IMG/VR virus record: IMGVR_UViG_3300014720_000003
Span: 64,001 to 128,000 of that record
Source: a virus
Strand: one strand, 5' to 3'
DNA length: 64,000 nt
Shown piece after piece: positions 20,587 through 31,114 of this stretch. The notes under the pieces were generated by a model. The model was not told the DNA's origin, searched no databases, and saw only the letters and a list, made by a program, of their open reading frames with translations. The translations under genes and the position numbers were made by a program. The number at the start of each line of letters is the position of its first letter. The first letter of the stretch is position 1.

Positions 20587-21620
20587 TCTGTGCTGCCGGG
20601 TGCTTTGTACTTACCTACAGTATACCCTGGTGTTGTATATTCGTCAAGTACCTTGTTGACACCCTTGATTTCAATATCGTGTTTGATTTGTTCGCATTTT
20701 GTCATGGTACTATCTATAGCACACACTTGATTGGGTCTATATTCCACTATTGGTAGCATACTACTATTGTCAAAAGTACTTTTACCAAAGTGACATAATT
20801 TATTACATTTCCAGGTTTTATTCAGTTGCGGAATTTTAGTGTGTTTTATCGTCTCGAATTTAGATCGTAGCATTTCTTCTGTTTTGATAAGATCTTTTTT
20901 ATCATAACAAATGGTGAAAGCACCACCATCATTAATGAAGTTAATACTAACCATAACATGATCATACTCAGGATATAGTGAGCTAACAGCATAATGATAT
21001 ATTCTTAGTTGAGGATCGTCTTGTAATTTTGCTAAGGTTTTTTCCTGACCCGTGGCCCAATCCAATCTTTTACCAGTTTTCCAATCTATGATTTCTAATG
21101 TATTATCGTTAACTCTTGTGATAAGATCTATGGTTCCTTTAATAGCCAAATACCCCTCTAAATTATCTCTATCATATTTATAATAGGCCCATTTCCGTTT
21201 AATCTCTATATCGAATCTTTGCTCTGGTTGCACAATGTCTCTGGAGCGAGGATCAAACGATCCATTGTGGTCTGTAATCGCTTTGTGAACCCAGGCGTGG
21301 CAGTCTTTATAGTCTTTAGCTTCCCATTCATGATGTTTAAACTGAGACGAATAGTACTTGTAAACTCTTTCTATAATAGTGGTCAAATTATAAGAATCTA
21401 TAGATATTGAACCTAAAATATCATCGATATATACGGATAAATTATTTTGTTGACATAATTTAATATGCGCTAATATTTCTAGAACTTTGTGACAAATGGT
21501 GCCTTTATCGGCCTTCTTATTAGATGGGCTTTTAAGTCCTAAATTATATTCGATAAAATATTGCATAGGACACATACTGTGTGTGCCGTATGAACTACTT
21601 CTAAGATATGTAATAATTAT
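20583..21620 (-). CDS. PD-(D/E)xK exonuclease (Cas4/RecB/AddB-like); start probably upstream of track ATG
   Basis: GTICH..LE, IKGTIDL..IIDWKTG, QLRIY, N- and C-terminal Cys. Frame extends to ATA at 21620, adding the YLRSSSY motif. Confidence 0.8.
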   Translation of the reverse strand: MIITYLRSSSYGTHSMCPMQYFIEYNLGLKSPSNKKADKGTICHKVLEILAHIKLCQQNNLSVYIDDILGSISIDSYNLTTIIERVYKYYSSQFKHHEWEAKDYKDCHAWVHKAITDHNGSFDPRSRDIVQPEQRFDIEIKRKWAYYKYDRDNLEGYLAIKGTIDLITRVNDNTLEIIDWKTGKRLDWATGQEKTLAKLQDDPQLRIYHYAVSSLYPEYDHVMVSINFINDGGAFTICYDKKDLIKTEEMLRSKFETIKHTKIPQLNKTWKCNKLCHFGKSTFDNSSMLPIVEYRPNQVCAIDSTMTKCEQIKHDIEIKGVNKVLDEYTTPGYTVGKYKAPGSTE

Positions 21621-22210
21621 GTCAGCACCTTTTTCTTCTTTAGGAAGCTAATGACCATGTTGTTTTGCTCATCAATAGAAATGTTCTCATTGTATATGAC
21701 CAAGTCAAAATTCTTAATAGAGTAATTTTCTTCATCCAAAGCTGTTTCGCTAGCATGATTAGAATTATGTGGATTTCTATTTAGCTTGATTACTATGCCC
21801 CCAACCTCTTTTACTGCCTCTACCTCATTAGGAAATCTACAATCGGCAATGATAGCTAGAGCAGGCTTATCATTATTTATTTTTTGAATAGTAGCATTCG
21901 CCCAAACATCGTGTTTCATTTTTCTAAACACATCCGTCCCCACAAACTGCATGACTTCTCTGGCGGTTAATTGTTTGCCATCCCATACTAACTGTGTTGG
22001 AGTGTTTTTGTCGATATCTTCTCCGTAGCACTGACTATATGATAGTCCAAGAATATTCATACAAATATCTTGTTTGAGAGGATCGGCAAAGTTATAAATC
22101 TTGGAACTATTAAATGGCTCAGTAGTACCATTATGGTATTTTGCCACAAATTCTGAACAGGTGGTTTTTCCGGACTGTTTACGACCAGCGAATGCTATTA
22201 TTTTTGTCAT
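21617..22210 (-). CDS. deoxynucleoside monophosphate kinase
   Basis: GRKQSGKTT, FADPLK, REVMQFVGTD, IADCRFPNE, HASE. Confidence 0.9.
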   Translation of the reverse strand: MTKIIAFAGRKQSGKTTCSEFVAKYHNGTTEPFNSSKIYNFADPLKQDICMNILGLSYSQCYGEDIDKNTPTQLVWDGKQLTAREVMQFVGTDVFRKMKHDVWANATIQKINNDKPALAIIADCRFPNEVEAVKEVGGIVIKLNRNPHNSNHASETALDEENYSIKNFDLVIYNENISIDEQNNMVISFLKKKKVLT

Positions 22211-23367
22211 ATAATTTTATTGATATATTCCTTAATTTCTACATCTATTTCTGATGATGTCATTTCTCCAATATCATTTTTAGAAATCTGAGGACTAAAA
22301 ATCCTATAGGTGTTTTGACACTTAATTTTAATTTGATCTGCCGCCTTGCGACCAGCCTCATCATTATCTGTTAATATAATAATATTCATAGCTCCAGACG
22401 AATCTAATAATATTTTTTGTCGATCACTTAATGAGGAACCAAATATAGCAACACTATTATGAATACCGTTTTCTTCTAATCTCCAAACATTACCTGGGCT
22501 TTCCACAATAATAACTGTTGCTGTGCTTAGAATATGTTGTTTAGCAAACCAGAAATTATAGAGATGGTTTTGACTTTTGAAGCCGCTGCTGTGTTTCCAT
22601 TTTGAATATTTCCAACCATCATCATTGTTTGGACAATTTGTATTTGTATCGTGATGTGATTTACATAAGCCGCATTTTTCAAAAATGCTACGACCAGAAC
22701 AACCAATCATATACTTATAATCATTATCATATACTGGTACAACAATTCTTTTATACATTTCTTTGTCTGGTTTGTCACATAAACCAACATCGTATTTGCT
22801 GAGTATTTCAGCAGAATATTTTCTATCGAGATAATATTGTGATGGTATGATTAAAGATCTAACTATTTGTGATCTGATAATTTTTTTTGTGGTATTCTCA
22901 TTATCAGAATTATTGAGATAACCTATCACGCTGGTGAACTGTTTTTTTTCTTTATCTTTTCTATTTATTTTAATATCAGACAGATCTTTATTAATAATAG
23001 ATGTTGCATATTCTACAGCTTCTTTAAATGAGCAACTATTATCTCCATTCTTGGTCCATCCATATTTTTGATGAGAAATAACACCACGAATAAAACCCAA
23101 TACTGATGCTTTAAAAATATTTTCACAATTATGTGTTCTACACTTCCAATTACCTCTGTAGTTGTCTCCAGTAGGATAGAGATTTAATGCGGACTGGTTA
23201 TCTCCACCATGAATAGGACAACTCATAGTAATCATCTTATTATTTAACTTATAATCAAGACCCAAGGAGTCTAATAATAGTTCAATATTATCACAAACCT
23301 CATCACAAACTATTTTTAGCTTAGCTTGATCATTCAAATGGGATTGTCGTATCATTGTTGTCATCAA
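22207..23367 (-). CDS. dnaG: DnaG-type primase (Zn finger + TOPRIM)
   Basis: CPIHGGDN..WKCRTH; RIVVPV; IIVES; TDNDEAGRKA; adjacent to helicase. Confidence 0.85.
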   Translation of the reverse strand: MMTTMIRQSHLNDQAKLKIVCDEVCDNIELLLDSLGLDYKLNNKMITMSCPIHGGDNQSALNLYPTGDNYRGNWKCRTHNCENIFKASVLGFIRGVISHQKYGWTKNGDNSCSFKEAVEYATSIINKDLSDIKINRKDKEKKQFTSVIGYLNNSDNENTTKKIIRSQIVRSLIIPSQYYLDRKYSAEILSKYDVGLCDKPDKEMYKRIVVPVYDNDYKYMIGCSGRSIFEKCGLCKSHHDTNTNCPNNDDGWKYSKWKHSSGFKSQNHLYNFWFAKQHILSTATVIIVESPGNVWRLEENGIHNSVAIFGSSLSDRQKILLDSSGAMNIIILTDNDEAGRKAADQIKIKCQNTYRIFSPQISKNDIGEMTSSEIDVEIKEYINKII

Positions 23368-24784
23368 CTATGAAACCCTTTTCATCTGATTTGTTATTAT
23401 GAATAATTTCTAGTCTAGTTTTACCTTCTGTAATTTTTGCACACCAACCCTTCATATTACAATTTATATAATCATTATCGTCTAATCCACCACCATGACG
23501 ACTGATCAATGGTACTAATTTTCTATTCCCATTATCTGAACCATCCTCAGCGATTTCTTCGTCACTTTTCCTTTTAAATATTGTGAAATTACTACATAGC
23601 CATATGATTCTGTCTGAACCACTAGCGGTGTCTGTGCTTTCTTTGGTGATGCCATCTCTATTTAATTGTATAAAACCAACGATTGGTACTTTATATCTCA
23701 CAGCAAAATTATGTAAACTGGTCATCATAAAGCCCAATAACTGATATTCTTTCAGATCCTGACTAATACCAGCGCTATCCATTAGTTTTAGATAATCATA
23801 AAAAATAACACAATCTTTCGCAGTACCATCATCGTTGAGTCCCACTTCTTTAACCAACCATCTTCTCATGATAGATAATTGATCTTCAAATGGTTTACCA
23901 GCAATGCTTTTATAAAATAGTTTGGTTTTCTTCAATGACTCTACCGCTTCTGATATCTTGTTTTGTTTTTCTGGTGATTCGACAAATCTGCCTGTTTCGA
24001 TATCGTTTATCTCAACCTCGGTCATCATTGCTAAAACTCTATTGATATGATCTTCTTTTGCCATTTCCGTATCCATATTTAAAACTGGTATATTCAGTTT
24101 ATTAGCAATATAAAAACCAATATTATCTGATAGTAATGTTTTACCTGTTTTGGGTCTAGCCGCTATAATATTCACTGTTCCTCTTCGTAAACCACCACCT
24201 ATAGCTTTATCATAAATAGGAAAACCTGTAGGTATGCCGACTTGATCTATAGGATTATCTATGAGATTCTGTATATAATTATCTAGTCCTTCGCCTATCT
24301 TAGCAGGTTTGTCATCGGCATCATTCAATAAAGATGTAAAATTAAAAATACCGTCTTCTGCCATGCCAATAATTGATGAGACAGGTTCCGTGCCGTTAAC
24401 ATCAAGGAGCTTGTCTTGAACTAGTTCTAGTTGTTTACGTAGTAATCTAGCTATTTCTAGCTTTCTTATCTTAGCGGCAAATTTTCTAACATTATCTAGT
24501 TCTACAGGAAAATCTATTATGGCTTTTAGGTGTTGTGTTTCTTCTTTTTTGGATAAAACATGAGACAACCCCAACTCTTCAGCAGCAGAGTATATAGAAG
24601 CTATGTCTAGCTTAGTGTTATTGCTATCAAATAGTCTTTTGATACATTTGAATATTAGAACATTACTATCTATAGTGAATGATGATTCTTGGATAATATC
24701 GGCTATATCCAGATAGGCTTCATCTCCATAATTATAGATTCCAGCTAAAACTGCTCTTTCAGCAGCAGGATCACATAAGATCAT
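23330..24784 (-). CDS. dnaB: replicative DNA helicase
   Basis: AERAVL, GIPTGF, AARPKTGKT, DYLKLM, QLNR, SRHG. Confidence 0.92.
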   Translation of the reverse strand: MILCDPAAERAVLAGIYNYGDEAYLDIADIIQESSFTIDSNVLIFKCIKRLFDSNNTKLDIASIYSAAEELGLSHVLSKKEETQHLKAIIDFPVELDNVRKFAAKIRKLEIARLLRKQLELVQDKLLDVNGTEPVSSIIGMAEDGIFNFTSLLNDADDKPAKIGEGLDNYIQNLIDNPIDQVGIPTGFPIYDKAIGGGLRRGTVNIIAARPKTGKTLLSDNIGFYIANKLNIPVLNMDTEMAKEDHINRVLAMMTEVEINDIETGRFVESPEKQNKISEAVESLKKTKLFYKSIAGKPFEDQLSIMRRWLVKEVGLNDDGTAKDCVIFYDYLKLMDSAGISQDLKEYQLLGFMMTSLHNFAVRYKVPIVGFIQLNRDGITKESTDTASGSDRIIWLCSNFTIFKRKSDEEIAEDGSDNGNRKLVPLISRHGGGLDDNDYINCNMKGWCAKITEGKTRLEIIHNNKSDEKGFIVDDNNDTTIPFE

Positions 24785-24787
24785 CTA

Positions 24788-25150
24788 TCACCCCGCTCCA
24801 GTCGAACACTTGTTACACTTGTATCTTTCTTTAGACTCTACCAAGACCGGAGGAACCTTATCTTTTTTTCCACACACCCTACATTGAACATTGATATAAT
24901 CAAAATCTCTATTTCTGGCGGATGGTGGTGGTTTTCTAATTTTTCTATCAAATTCCACATCCTCTTTACACATATTAAATTCTGCCATTTGATCAAACTT
25001 ATTGATACGATTAGTTTTCTTTTTTGTGGATGTGCTATTTTTCGTTTTGTTAGATCTCGGCTTATCTACAGTATCATCGTCGTTGTCATCTGTTAATCCT
25101 TTTTGCAGAATAGCTATCAAAGCTTTGATATCATCTTTATCAAGTCCCAT
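24788..25150 (-). CDS. hypothetical protein with C-terminal Zn ribbon
   Basis: CRVCG...CNKC. Confidence 0.6.
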   Translation of the reverse strand: MGLDKDDIKALIAILQKGLTDDNDDDTVDKPRSNKTKNSTSTKKKTNRINKFDQMAEFNMCKEDVEFDRKIRKPPPSARNRDFDYINVQCRVCGKKDKVPPVLVESKERYKCNKCSTGAG

Positions 25151-25643
25151 GCTTCACCTTTGTTTTTTGTATAGACAATAATATATCAGAAAGATTTTTT
25201 ATTCCATTAGCTAAATATGATAATCTATCACTACGTTGTTTGGCATACACCTTAATTTTATTTAATGATGAGGCTTTATCATTGTGTTTAATTGCCTGTC
25301 CAGATTTTTCTAGATATCCATATCCTTTGTAGTTATTTATTTCGTCTGCAATCGTTTCTTTGATAACTTCATCAGCCCAGTTAAATCTTGCTAACTCCCT
25401 GTTGACTGTTCTTTGTATATGAAAAGCAAACTGACCTAATCTATAAGAAATTTGAGCGCAGTCTTCTGGACCAAGTTTTTCTATACTATCTCTGTTCATA
25501 GTAAGATAAATATTTAGCTCATCAGATCCCAAGACATCTTCTTTGTATTCTGGCAAACCAATTGATTGTTCATATTCGTCTAAAATATCATCCCAATATT
25601 TAATTTCTTCTTTTGATGTTTTAAGCATTGTTAATCCTTTCAA
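25140..25643 (-). CDS. helical hypothetical protein (possible UvsY-like recombination mediator); start may be MLKTSK
   Basis: Coiled-coil character and position between recA and dnaB; function is inference only. Confidence 0.4.
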   Translation of the reverse strand: MKGLTMLKTSKEEIKYWDDILDEYEQSIGLPEYKEDVLGSDELNIYLTMNRDSIEKLGPEDCAQISYRLGQFAFHIQRTVNRELARFNWADEVIKETIADEINNYKGYGYLEKSGQAIKHNDKASSLNKIKVYAKQRSDRLSYLANGIKNLSDILLSIQKTKVKHGT

Positions 25644-26028
25644 ACCATGACTCTATAGATTCGTTATAGGGTAAAGCAATATAGGTTATCTGGTTAAGAT
25701 CACACCACTCCTTTTTTTCTCTATCTCTTTTTTGCGATTTTAAAAAATTCAGTAAGTTGTGATGGTAGAATTGCACAAACTTATAGTGTTGTTCTCCATG
25801 CGCCTCTATGCAAGTTTTTTTTAGGGGTAAATAAAAATCTAAGTACAAAACCTCACTCTTTCTTAAAGAGATAGGTACTTCTTCCAAAACTTGGAGTGTG
25901 GGATATGTTTTAGATATCAGTTCTCTGGCCTGCAAATGCAAAGATGATCTATTTACAGTTCTACCCTTTGCCATATTACCACTAAGTAACCAGTTATGTG
26001 AATTACCATCTAAATCAACTATTAACAT
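25621..26028 (-). CDS. small PD-(D/E)xK / DUF559-like endonuclease
   Basis: LYLDFYLP..CIEAHGEQHY..RD..K..WC. Confidence 0.7.
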   Translation of the reverse strand: MLIVDLDGNSHNWLLSGNMAKGRTVNRSSLHLQARELISKTYPTLQVLEEVPISLRKSEVLYLDFYLPLKKTCIEAHGEQHYKFVQFYHHNLLNFLKSQKRDREKKEWCDLNQITYIALPYNESIESWFERINNA

Positions 26029-27035
26029 TTAATACCCATTGTATCTTTTATGCTTTTCACCAAATTTTCATATGCTTCTGGATGATCTAATAGATAATGA
26101 CGCACTTTTTCGGCTCCTTGAAATTTTGGTTTATCTTCTAGAGCCGTTAGAGTATACCATGCTCCACCCTTATGTATAATACCAATATCTGAAGCAAGGT
26201 TTATGGCCTCCATATACTTATCAATACCTTGTCCATATCTAATATAACTAGTAATATTACCACCCGGTGGCCCAAGAGCAGAGCATACAACTTGCCATTC
26301 TATCTCTTGTCCTATTTGATTACTGTCAGCACTAAGTACCCACGGTTTAAAACTCTTAGCCCTCAATTTGATATCTGTTTGATATGCAATGGCCTGCCCA
26401 CTCTTTTCTTTAAACTCCGCACCATATCCTGTTGGATTACCCATCAAATGAGTAATACCAATTACAATATTTTTATTAACAGGAATCACATTAGCTACTT
26501 TACGACAGAATTTAGCTAATAATTTTGCACCATCTGCTCGCTGCATCTTATCCATTTCACTAGTAATTTCTGCTTCGGTACACAGTGCTGAATAAGAATC
26601 TATAATAAGGATACTTCCCGGTATCTCATTAATGATTTTTTCTGCTATTTGTAAATATTCTTCTGCGTGTAAGATCTTACCCTCTTGGCTTCCTATAACA
26701 TGAAATCTTGATAAATCCAGATCTTTGATGCCTTCTAAATCTCTTTTCTTTAATCTACCTTCAATGTTTAGATAGTACACTTCTCTAGGGCCTTTTAGGG
26801 TTCCTTGATATTGAGATTTTTGAGCAGTAGATGCGAAGTCTAAAGATGTTGTGGTTTTACCGCATTTGGGTTGTCCTGTAAGAACAACGAAACTACCCTC
26901 TGGTATTCCTCCATTCAATACAATGTCTAGTGATGGACTTACTGGTATAGTAATGCTCTTTCTGTCTACAACAGCATTTCCATTTAATATGATATTGTCG
27001 CCAAAGGTTTTTATTACATCTTCTTTTAGACTCAT
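26022..27035 (-). CDS. recA: RecA/UvsX recombinase
   Basis: SLDIVLNGGIPEG, GQPKCGKTT, IIDS, GAWY, KFQG. Confidence 0.9.
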   Translation of the reverse strand: MSLKEDVIKTFGDNIILNGNAVVDRKSITIPVSPSLDIVLNGGIPEGSFVVLTGQPKCGKTTTSLDFASTAQKSQYQGTLKGPREVYYLNIEGRLKKRDLEGIKDLDLSRFHVIGSQEGKILHAEEYLQIAEKIINEIPGSILIIDSYSALCTEAEITSEMDKMQRADGAKLLAKFCRKVANVIPVNKNIVIGITHLMGNPTGYGAEFKEKSGQAIAYQTDIKLRAKSFKPWVLSADSNQIGQEIEWQVVCSALGPPGGNITSYIRYGQGIDKYMEAINLASDIGIIHKGGAWYTLTALEDKPKFQGAEKVRHYLLDHPEAYENLVKSIKDTMGIKC

Positions 27036-27466
27036 TATTCTAGATCCTTAAGTTTGGAAATGATATTCTTTGTTGGTTGTGGCTTACTATAATTGATATC
27101 TTGTTTTCTTGACAAATCAACAGATAAATTTTGATTTTGTTGACTTAGCTTGATCTGTTCTTGTTCTATGATAGGTACGAGGTGAGGTGCTCGCAGCGAA
27201 TATATTTTTGTTGCTTTGCTGTTGTTGAGCGCTCTGACTATAGCAATATCGGAATACTTTTTAAGTAATTTATGAGCTGAAGATATTTGATTTCGATAAA
27301 ATTTTTCCCATTCTGGAGTAAGCCAAAATCTATAATGTAAATCTTGCTTATTAATAATAGCCATTTTCTCACAAATCATTTCTGTGATATATTGTGCGGC
27401 TGATACTTCTTTACCATTCGAATATTTAGAAGGATATTTTTTCTTCATTATATTGTATTTTTCCAT
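27035..27466 (-). CDS. hypothetical protein
   Basis: ORF track; coupled to recA. Confidence 0.6.
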   Translation of the reverse strand: MEKYNIMKKKYPSKYSNGKEVSAAQYITEMICEKMAIINKQDLHYRFWLTPEWEKFYRNQISSAHKLLKKYSDIAIVRALNNSKATKIYSLRAPHLVPIIEQEQIKLSQQNQNLSVDLSRKQDINYSKPQPTKNIISKLKDLE

Positions 27467-28095
27467 ATGTCTTCATAATAACCCCACCCAGGATAATTTT
27501 TATAAGCTAGGTTTTGATATGTTTTATAATGGGTAGTAAAATGATGTCCATGATTAATATGTATACAAGCTTTTGAGGATGTCCATGTTGTTCTATTGTC
27601 GTCTGGTTCTAGATTGAGCACAACATCTTTGATGGCTGTTTTGATTCTTTGTTCAAAATGATGTACAGCCTCATCAAATATCATTATCATTTGATGTAAT
27701 GGTTGGTGATTTGGTGCTGACAATTGAAAACCAGTATCACATAAACCTATATAGTTAGCATTGCATAAACATCCAGTATCAAATTCAGGAAATAAAAAAT
27801 ATTCTTCTGGATATATTACATCATGTTCCAAAAAACAAACATACTTATATTGGTTTGGATCCACACTATACAACAGTTGTAGTATTTGAATAATAATATT
27901 TAGATGGTTTTTACTATTTGTTAATGCTCTTTTACTATCAAAAGGATTATTATTAATTTTGAACCAAGAGCATGTTTTTATATCTACTAGATGCTTGTTT
28001 AAAGAAATATCACGCAAACTATTTAGTGTATATTCTATAATTTTTGGAATAGAATTATCAGTGTAATATACTCCTAATTTATTGGTTGTAGACAT
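27448..28095 (-). CDS. GT-A-like glycosyltransferase
   Basis: YYTDN, VCFLEHDVIY (DxD-equivalent), HINHG. Confidence 0.5.
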   Translation of the reverse strand: MSTTNKLGVYYTDNSIPKIIEYTLNSLRDISLNKHLVDIKTCSWFKINNNPFDSKRALTNSKNHLNIIIQILQLLYSVDPNQYKYVCFLEHDVIYPEEYFLFPEFDTGCLCNANYIGLCDTGFQLSAPNHQPLHQMIMIFDEAVHHFEQRIKTAIKDVVLNLEPDDNRTTWTSSKACIHINHGHHFTTHYKTYQNLAYKNYPGWGYYEDIWKNTI

Positions 28096-28741
28096 TTTTA
28101 TTTACAAACCAGCTATCAAAATCAGTTATCTCTGGAAATACATTAATAAAGTTGTTTTGTTCCAATAGTTGTATAATCTTAGATTTGTTCTCTGTATGGT
28201 TGTGTTCAACAGACATTGTGAGGATATCATATGAGAAATTAAAACTATTTAGTATATCAAATTCAGAACCCTCTGTATCTATTGAAACATAATCTATAGT
28301 TTGTGGCGCATTATATTGAGATAATAGATCATTTAATGAAACAGATTCAACGTCGTAGATTTTAGCGTCTACTCTATTCCAAGCCCAAAAATCATTGTTA
28401 GTATAACTATCTATACAAGATAATTCTCCAAATTTGCAATCTCTAAATGATAGATTTTGTCCTGTTGAAGAAGATACACATCTAAAATCTTTGCGGCATG
28501 ACCGATTAGCTAATAAAGATTCGTGGTATTGTTTGGCTGGTTCACAAAGTATACCAGACCACGAATATTCTTTTTCCAACAAGAATGTATTAGATTTTTC
28601 TATACCATCTGTGGCACCAAACTCAACAAAATATCCATTTGTTTTTTCTCCAAGAATAAATAATACAAACAAATCTTGTCCTAATTGAGAATATTTAGAT
28701 TTATTCTGTTGATATTCTAAAAATCTATTTATATCTAGCAT
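28079..28741 (-). CDS. FkbM-family SAM methyltransferase
   Basis: SQLGQD, FVEFGATDG..SNT, GILCEP, IDYVSIDTEGSE. Confidence 0.9.
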   Translation of the reverse strand: MLDINRFLEYQQNKSKYSQLGQDLFVLFILGEKTNGYFVEFGATDGIEKSNTFLLEKEYSWSGILCEPAKQYHESLLANRSCRKDFRCVSSSTGQNLSFRDCKFGELSCIDSYTNNDFWAWNRVDAKIYDVESVSLNDLLSQYNAPQTIDYVSIDTEGSEFDILNSFNFSYDILTMSVEHNHTENKSKIIQLLEQNNFINVFPEITDFDSWFVNKNVYNQ

Positions 28742-28749
28742 AATTAATT

Positions 28750-29052
28750 TTAGCTATTTTTAGGTCTATATATACAATCTTGTGTTCTATTGGTGGTATT
28801 CATATTTTTTATCAGTTCATCATTTTGCATAGATGCTGCTTGTGTCATGATGCTAACATTTTTGCTTTTTTTAGCACTAGTTTCATTGATCATTAGGTTT
28901 TTAGTGGATGATTGTTTGTTTGTGGGATTTTTATCCAAAATTTTAGACACATCAGATTCTTTGAGCTTTAGTTCTTTCGCTATTGTAGCATTATCCATTT
29001 TCATGGTGTCGTGTAAATATTTAACGGCGTATTCTTGGATTTTTGTGCTCAT
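28750..29052 (-). CDS. hypothetical protein with HTH-like N-terminus
   Basis: IAKELKLKESDV. Confidence 0.5.
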   Translation of the reverse strand: MSTKIQEYAVKYLHDTMKMDNATIAKELKLKESDVSKILDKNPTNKQSSTKNLMINETSAKKSKNVSIMTQAASMQNDELIKNMNTTNRTQDCIYRPKNS

Positions 29053-29456
29053 TAGGACATCTCTCTTTCTGCATTATTTATCCATGCTATGTTTTTTGTG
29101 GTAAGAAAATTAGAATATAGATCGAAGATTTGTTGATTTACCTCTTTGAATTCCCATTCTTTTCTACCAATCTTACTCATGAATTTATTGTTATTGCCCT
29201 CACTATATAGCCCTATTGGATTATACAGTTTGCCGTGTGCTCCAACTTTTACAAAATATCTTTTAGGATTAGTTCCATACTGGGAGGATTTTGCTACCAC
29301 TAATTCATTCTCTTTGTTTGCTCTTGGTTTTTTATTTTCGTCTATAAAGTCGTGATCACCTAATATGGTATAAAAACACTCTATACGATTAGTGTCCGTA
29401 GATGTTGTATTTTGACGATAGATAAATTGATCGGTATCTGTTGTTAATTTGGCCAT
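29052..29456 (-). CDS. hypothetical protein
   Basis: ORF track. Confidence 0.6.
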   Translation of the reverse strand: MAKLTTDTDQFIYRQNTTSTDTNRIECFYTILGDHDFIDENKKPRANKENELVVAKSSQYGTNPKRYFVKVGAHGKLYNPIGLYSEGNNNKFMSKIGRKEWEFKEVNQQIFDLYSNFLTTKNIAWINNAEREMS

Positions 29457-29830
29457 ATGGTTTTTGGTCCTTTCTTTATTCTTGACATTCCTTTTGGTAG
29501 GGGTTTTTCCGACTGTTTTTCTTTGTAATCATTATGTTTGGAGTATAATGATGTTTTTTGATCATCGCTCATTCTGTCTCTATTTCTATTAGCTAAATCT
29601 CCTATGGTTTTTAGTTCACTATCTGATTTTCTTACCGATGCTGATTGTGTGGCTAAATCAAGCATATAATCTCTGTGTGTATCCGTATTTTTACAGAATG
29701 TGCATTTGGGTGATTGCTCGTAATCTTTGATGTAAAAAAACAACTCGAACTGTTTATGACAATGATTACAATGATATGAATAGGTTGGCATATCTACACA
29801 ATATAAGAATCTGGTAAATAGATAGACCAT
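29444..29830 (-). CDS. FmdB-like zinc-ribbon protein (true start probably MPTYSY)
   Basis: MPTYSYHCNHC..FE...PKCTFC. Confidence 0.75.
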   Translation of the reverse strand: MVYLFTRFLYCVDMPTYSYHCNHCHKQFELFFYIKDYEQSPKCTFCKNTDTHRDYMLDLATQSASVRKSDSELKTIGDLANRNRDRMSDDQKTSLYSKHNDYKEKQSEKPLPKGMSRIKKGPKTIWPN

Positions 29831-30378
29831 TCTGGTGGTAGGTCTGTTTTTATTTTAGATAGGTGGTACGAGATTGGCAAGTATTTGGGACTCTTATTTG
29901 GCTTGAATGGTAGCCCTAATAAGGACATATGCGCCTGTTTGGGGGTTCGGTTTCCCTTTTTACGATTACATGATATGCAAGATGTTACAATATTGGTCCA
30001 ACAAGTGGGAGAACCATTATCGTTATTCCATATAGATTTCGGAATCACATGATCATAAGTTAATTCATTGTATGTAAAAACACTAGAACAATATTGACAC
30101 GTAAAATTATCTCGTATAAAAATGTTCTTACGAGAGAATGTAACATTTTGTTTATCTATTTTAAAGTATCGTTTGGTCCTAGCAACTGCTGGTACTGGAT
30201 ATTTTCTGTTGTTTGTTCCATTTATATGATCATCTTTATAGAAATCAATCACATCAATACCATACCTTGGATTGTGTTCGTATTTCATATACCAAACTAT
30301 AGCTTTTTGCCAATCAATAATTGATAATGGGCTATAATCAGCATTGAGCAGTAGACATTTACTGTTTTTTAGTCTCAT
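29794..30378 (-). CDS. HNH endonuclease (McrA-like)
   Basis: LLLNADYSPL, RDNFTCQYC, LTYDHVIPKS, WTNIVTSC.SCNRKKG. Confidence 0.9.
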   Translation of the reverse strand: MRLKNSKCLLLNADYSPLSIIDWQKAIVWYMKYEHNPRYGIDVIDFYKDDHINGTNNRKYPVPAVARTKRYFKIDKQNVTFSRKNIFIRDNFTCQYCSSVFTYNELTYDHVIPKSIWNNDNGSPTCWTNIVTSCISCNRKKGNRTPKQAHMSLLGLPFKPNKSPKYLPISYHLSKIKTDLPPEWSIYLPDSYIV

Positions 30379-31090
30379 CTTCTAAAAACTCTAATCTTAG
30401 TAGAATCTTAGCAATAATTGGATTTCTAACAATATCCCCATATTCTAGTCTGGAAAGTCCTATGCTGTCCACACCATCGAGGGCTTTAATTAAATCCAAA
30501 AATCCGCCACGGAAATTCCTTGGCAAATCAGACTGACTAATATCTCCTGTTAATACCATTTTACTGTTGTTTCCTATGCGTGTCAACAACATTTTTAATT
30601 GATCATACGAAGCATTCTGGCACTCATCTGCTACTATAAAGCTATTGTGAAAGTTTCGTCCTCTCATTAATCCCAAGGGGACTATCTCAATTTTATTATT
30701 AAGCTTTAATGCCGCATAATGACTCACAGGAATAAAATGCAATATTTCATCTAGTATTGGCAATAGGTAAGGATGTAATTTTTCCTCTGCTGTACCAGGA
30801 AGATATCCTATTTTCTCTCCGCTCTCTACTACTGGTCTGGTTATAATAATTTTTTTTATTTTATCATCTAATAGATATTCCAGAGCCATACCTATAGCAA
30901 TATGTGTTTTACCACTTCCAGCCACGCCCTGACAAAACGTGATAGTATTTTCTGCTACTGTTCTTATATAATCTTTTTGATTATCTGATCGTGGTCTTAA
31001 TCTATTACGATATAGTGGACCACTCGATTCAATATCGTTTGTAGCATCTATAACCTTAGACTTTCTCTTATCTTTGTTGTTCTTTCTCAA
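30359..31090 (-). CDS. phoH: PhoH-family ATPase
   Basis: GVAGSGKT, ITRPVVE, GYLPG, MRGRNF, DECQN, LTRIG, GDISQSD. Confidence 0.95.
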   Translation of the reverse strand: MRKNNKDKRKSKVIDATNDIESSGPLYRNRLRPRSDNQKDYIRTVAENTITFCQGVAGSGKTHIAIGMALEYLLDDKIKKIIITRPVVESGEKIGYLPGTAEEKLHPYLLPILDEILHFIPVSHYAALKLNNKIEIVPLGLMRGRNFHNSFIVADECQNASYDQLKMLLTRIGNNSKMVLTGDISQSDLPRNFRGGFLDLIKALDGVDSIGLSRLEYGDIVRNPIIAKILLRLEFLEDETKKQ

Positions 31091-31114
31091 TGGGATACCT
31101 CGCTGAAAATGGGA

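Noticed and set aside
20583-21620. CRISPR-Cas system suggested by the Cas4-like nuclease
   Set aside because: No repeat-spacer array or other cas genes; it sits in the replication operon.
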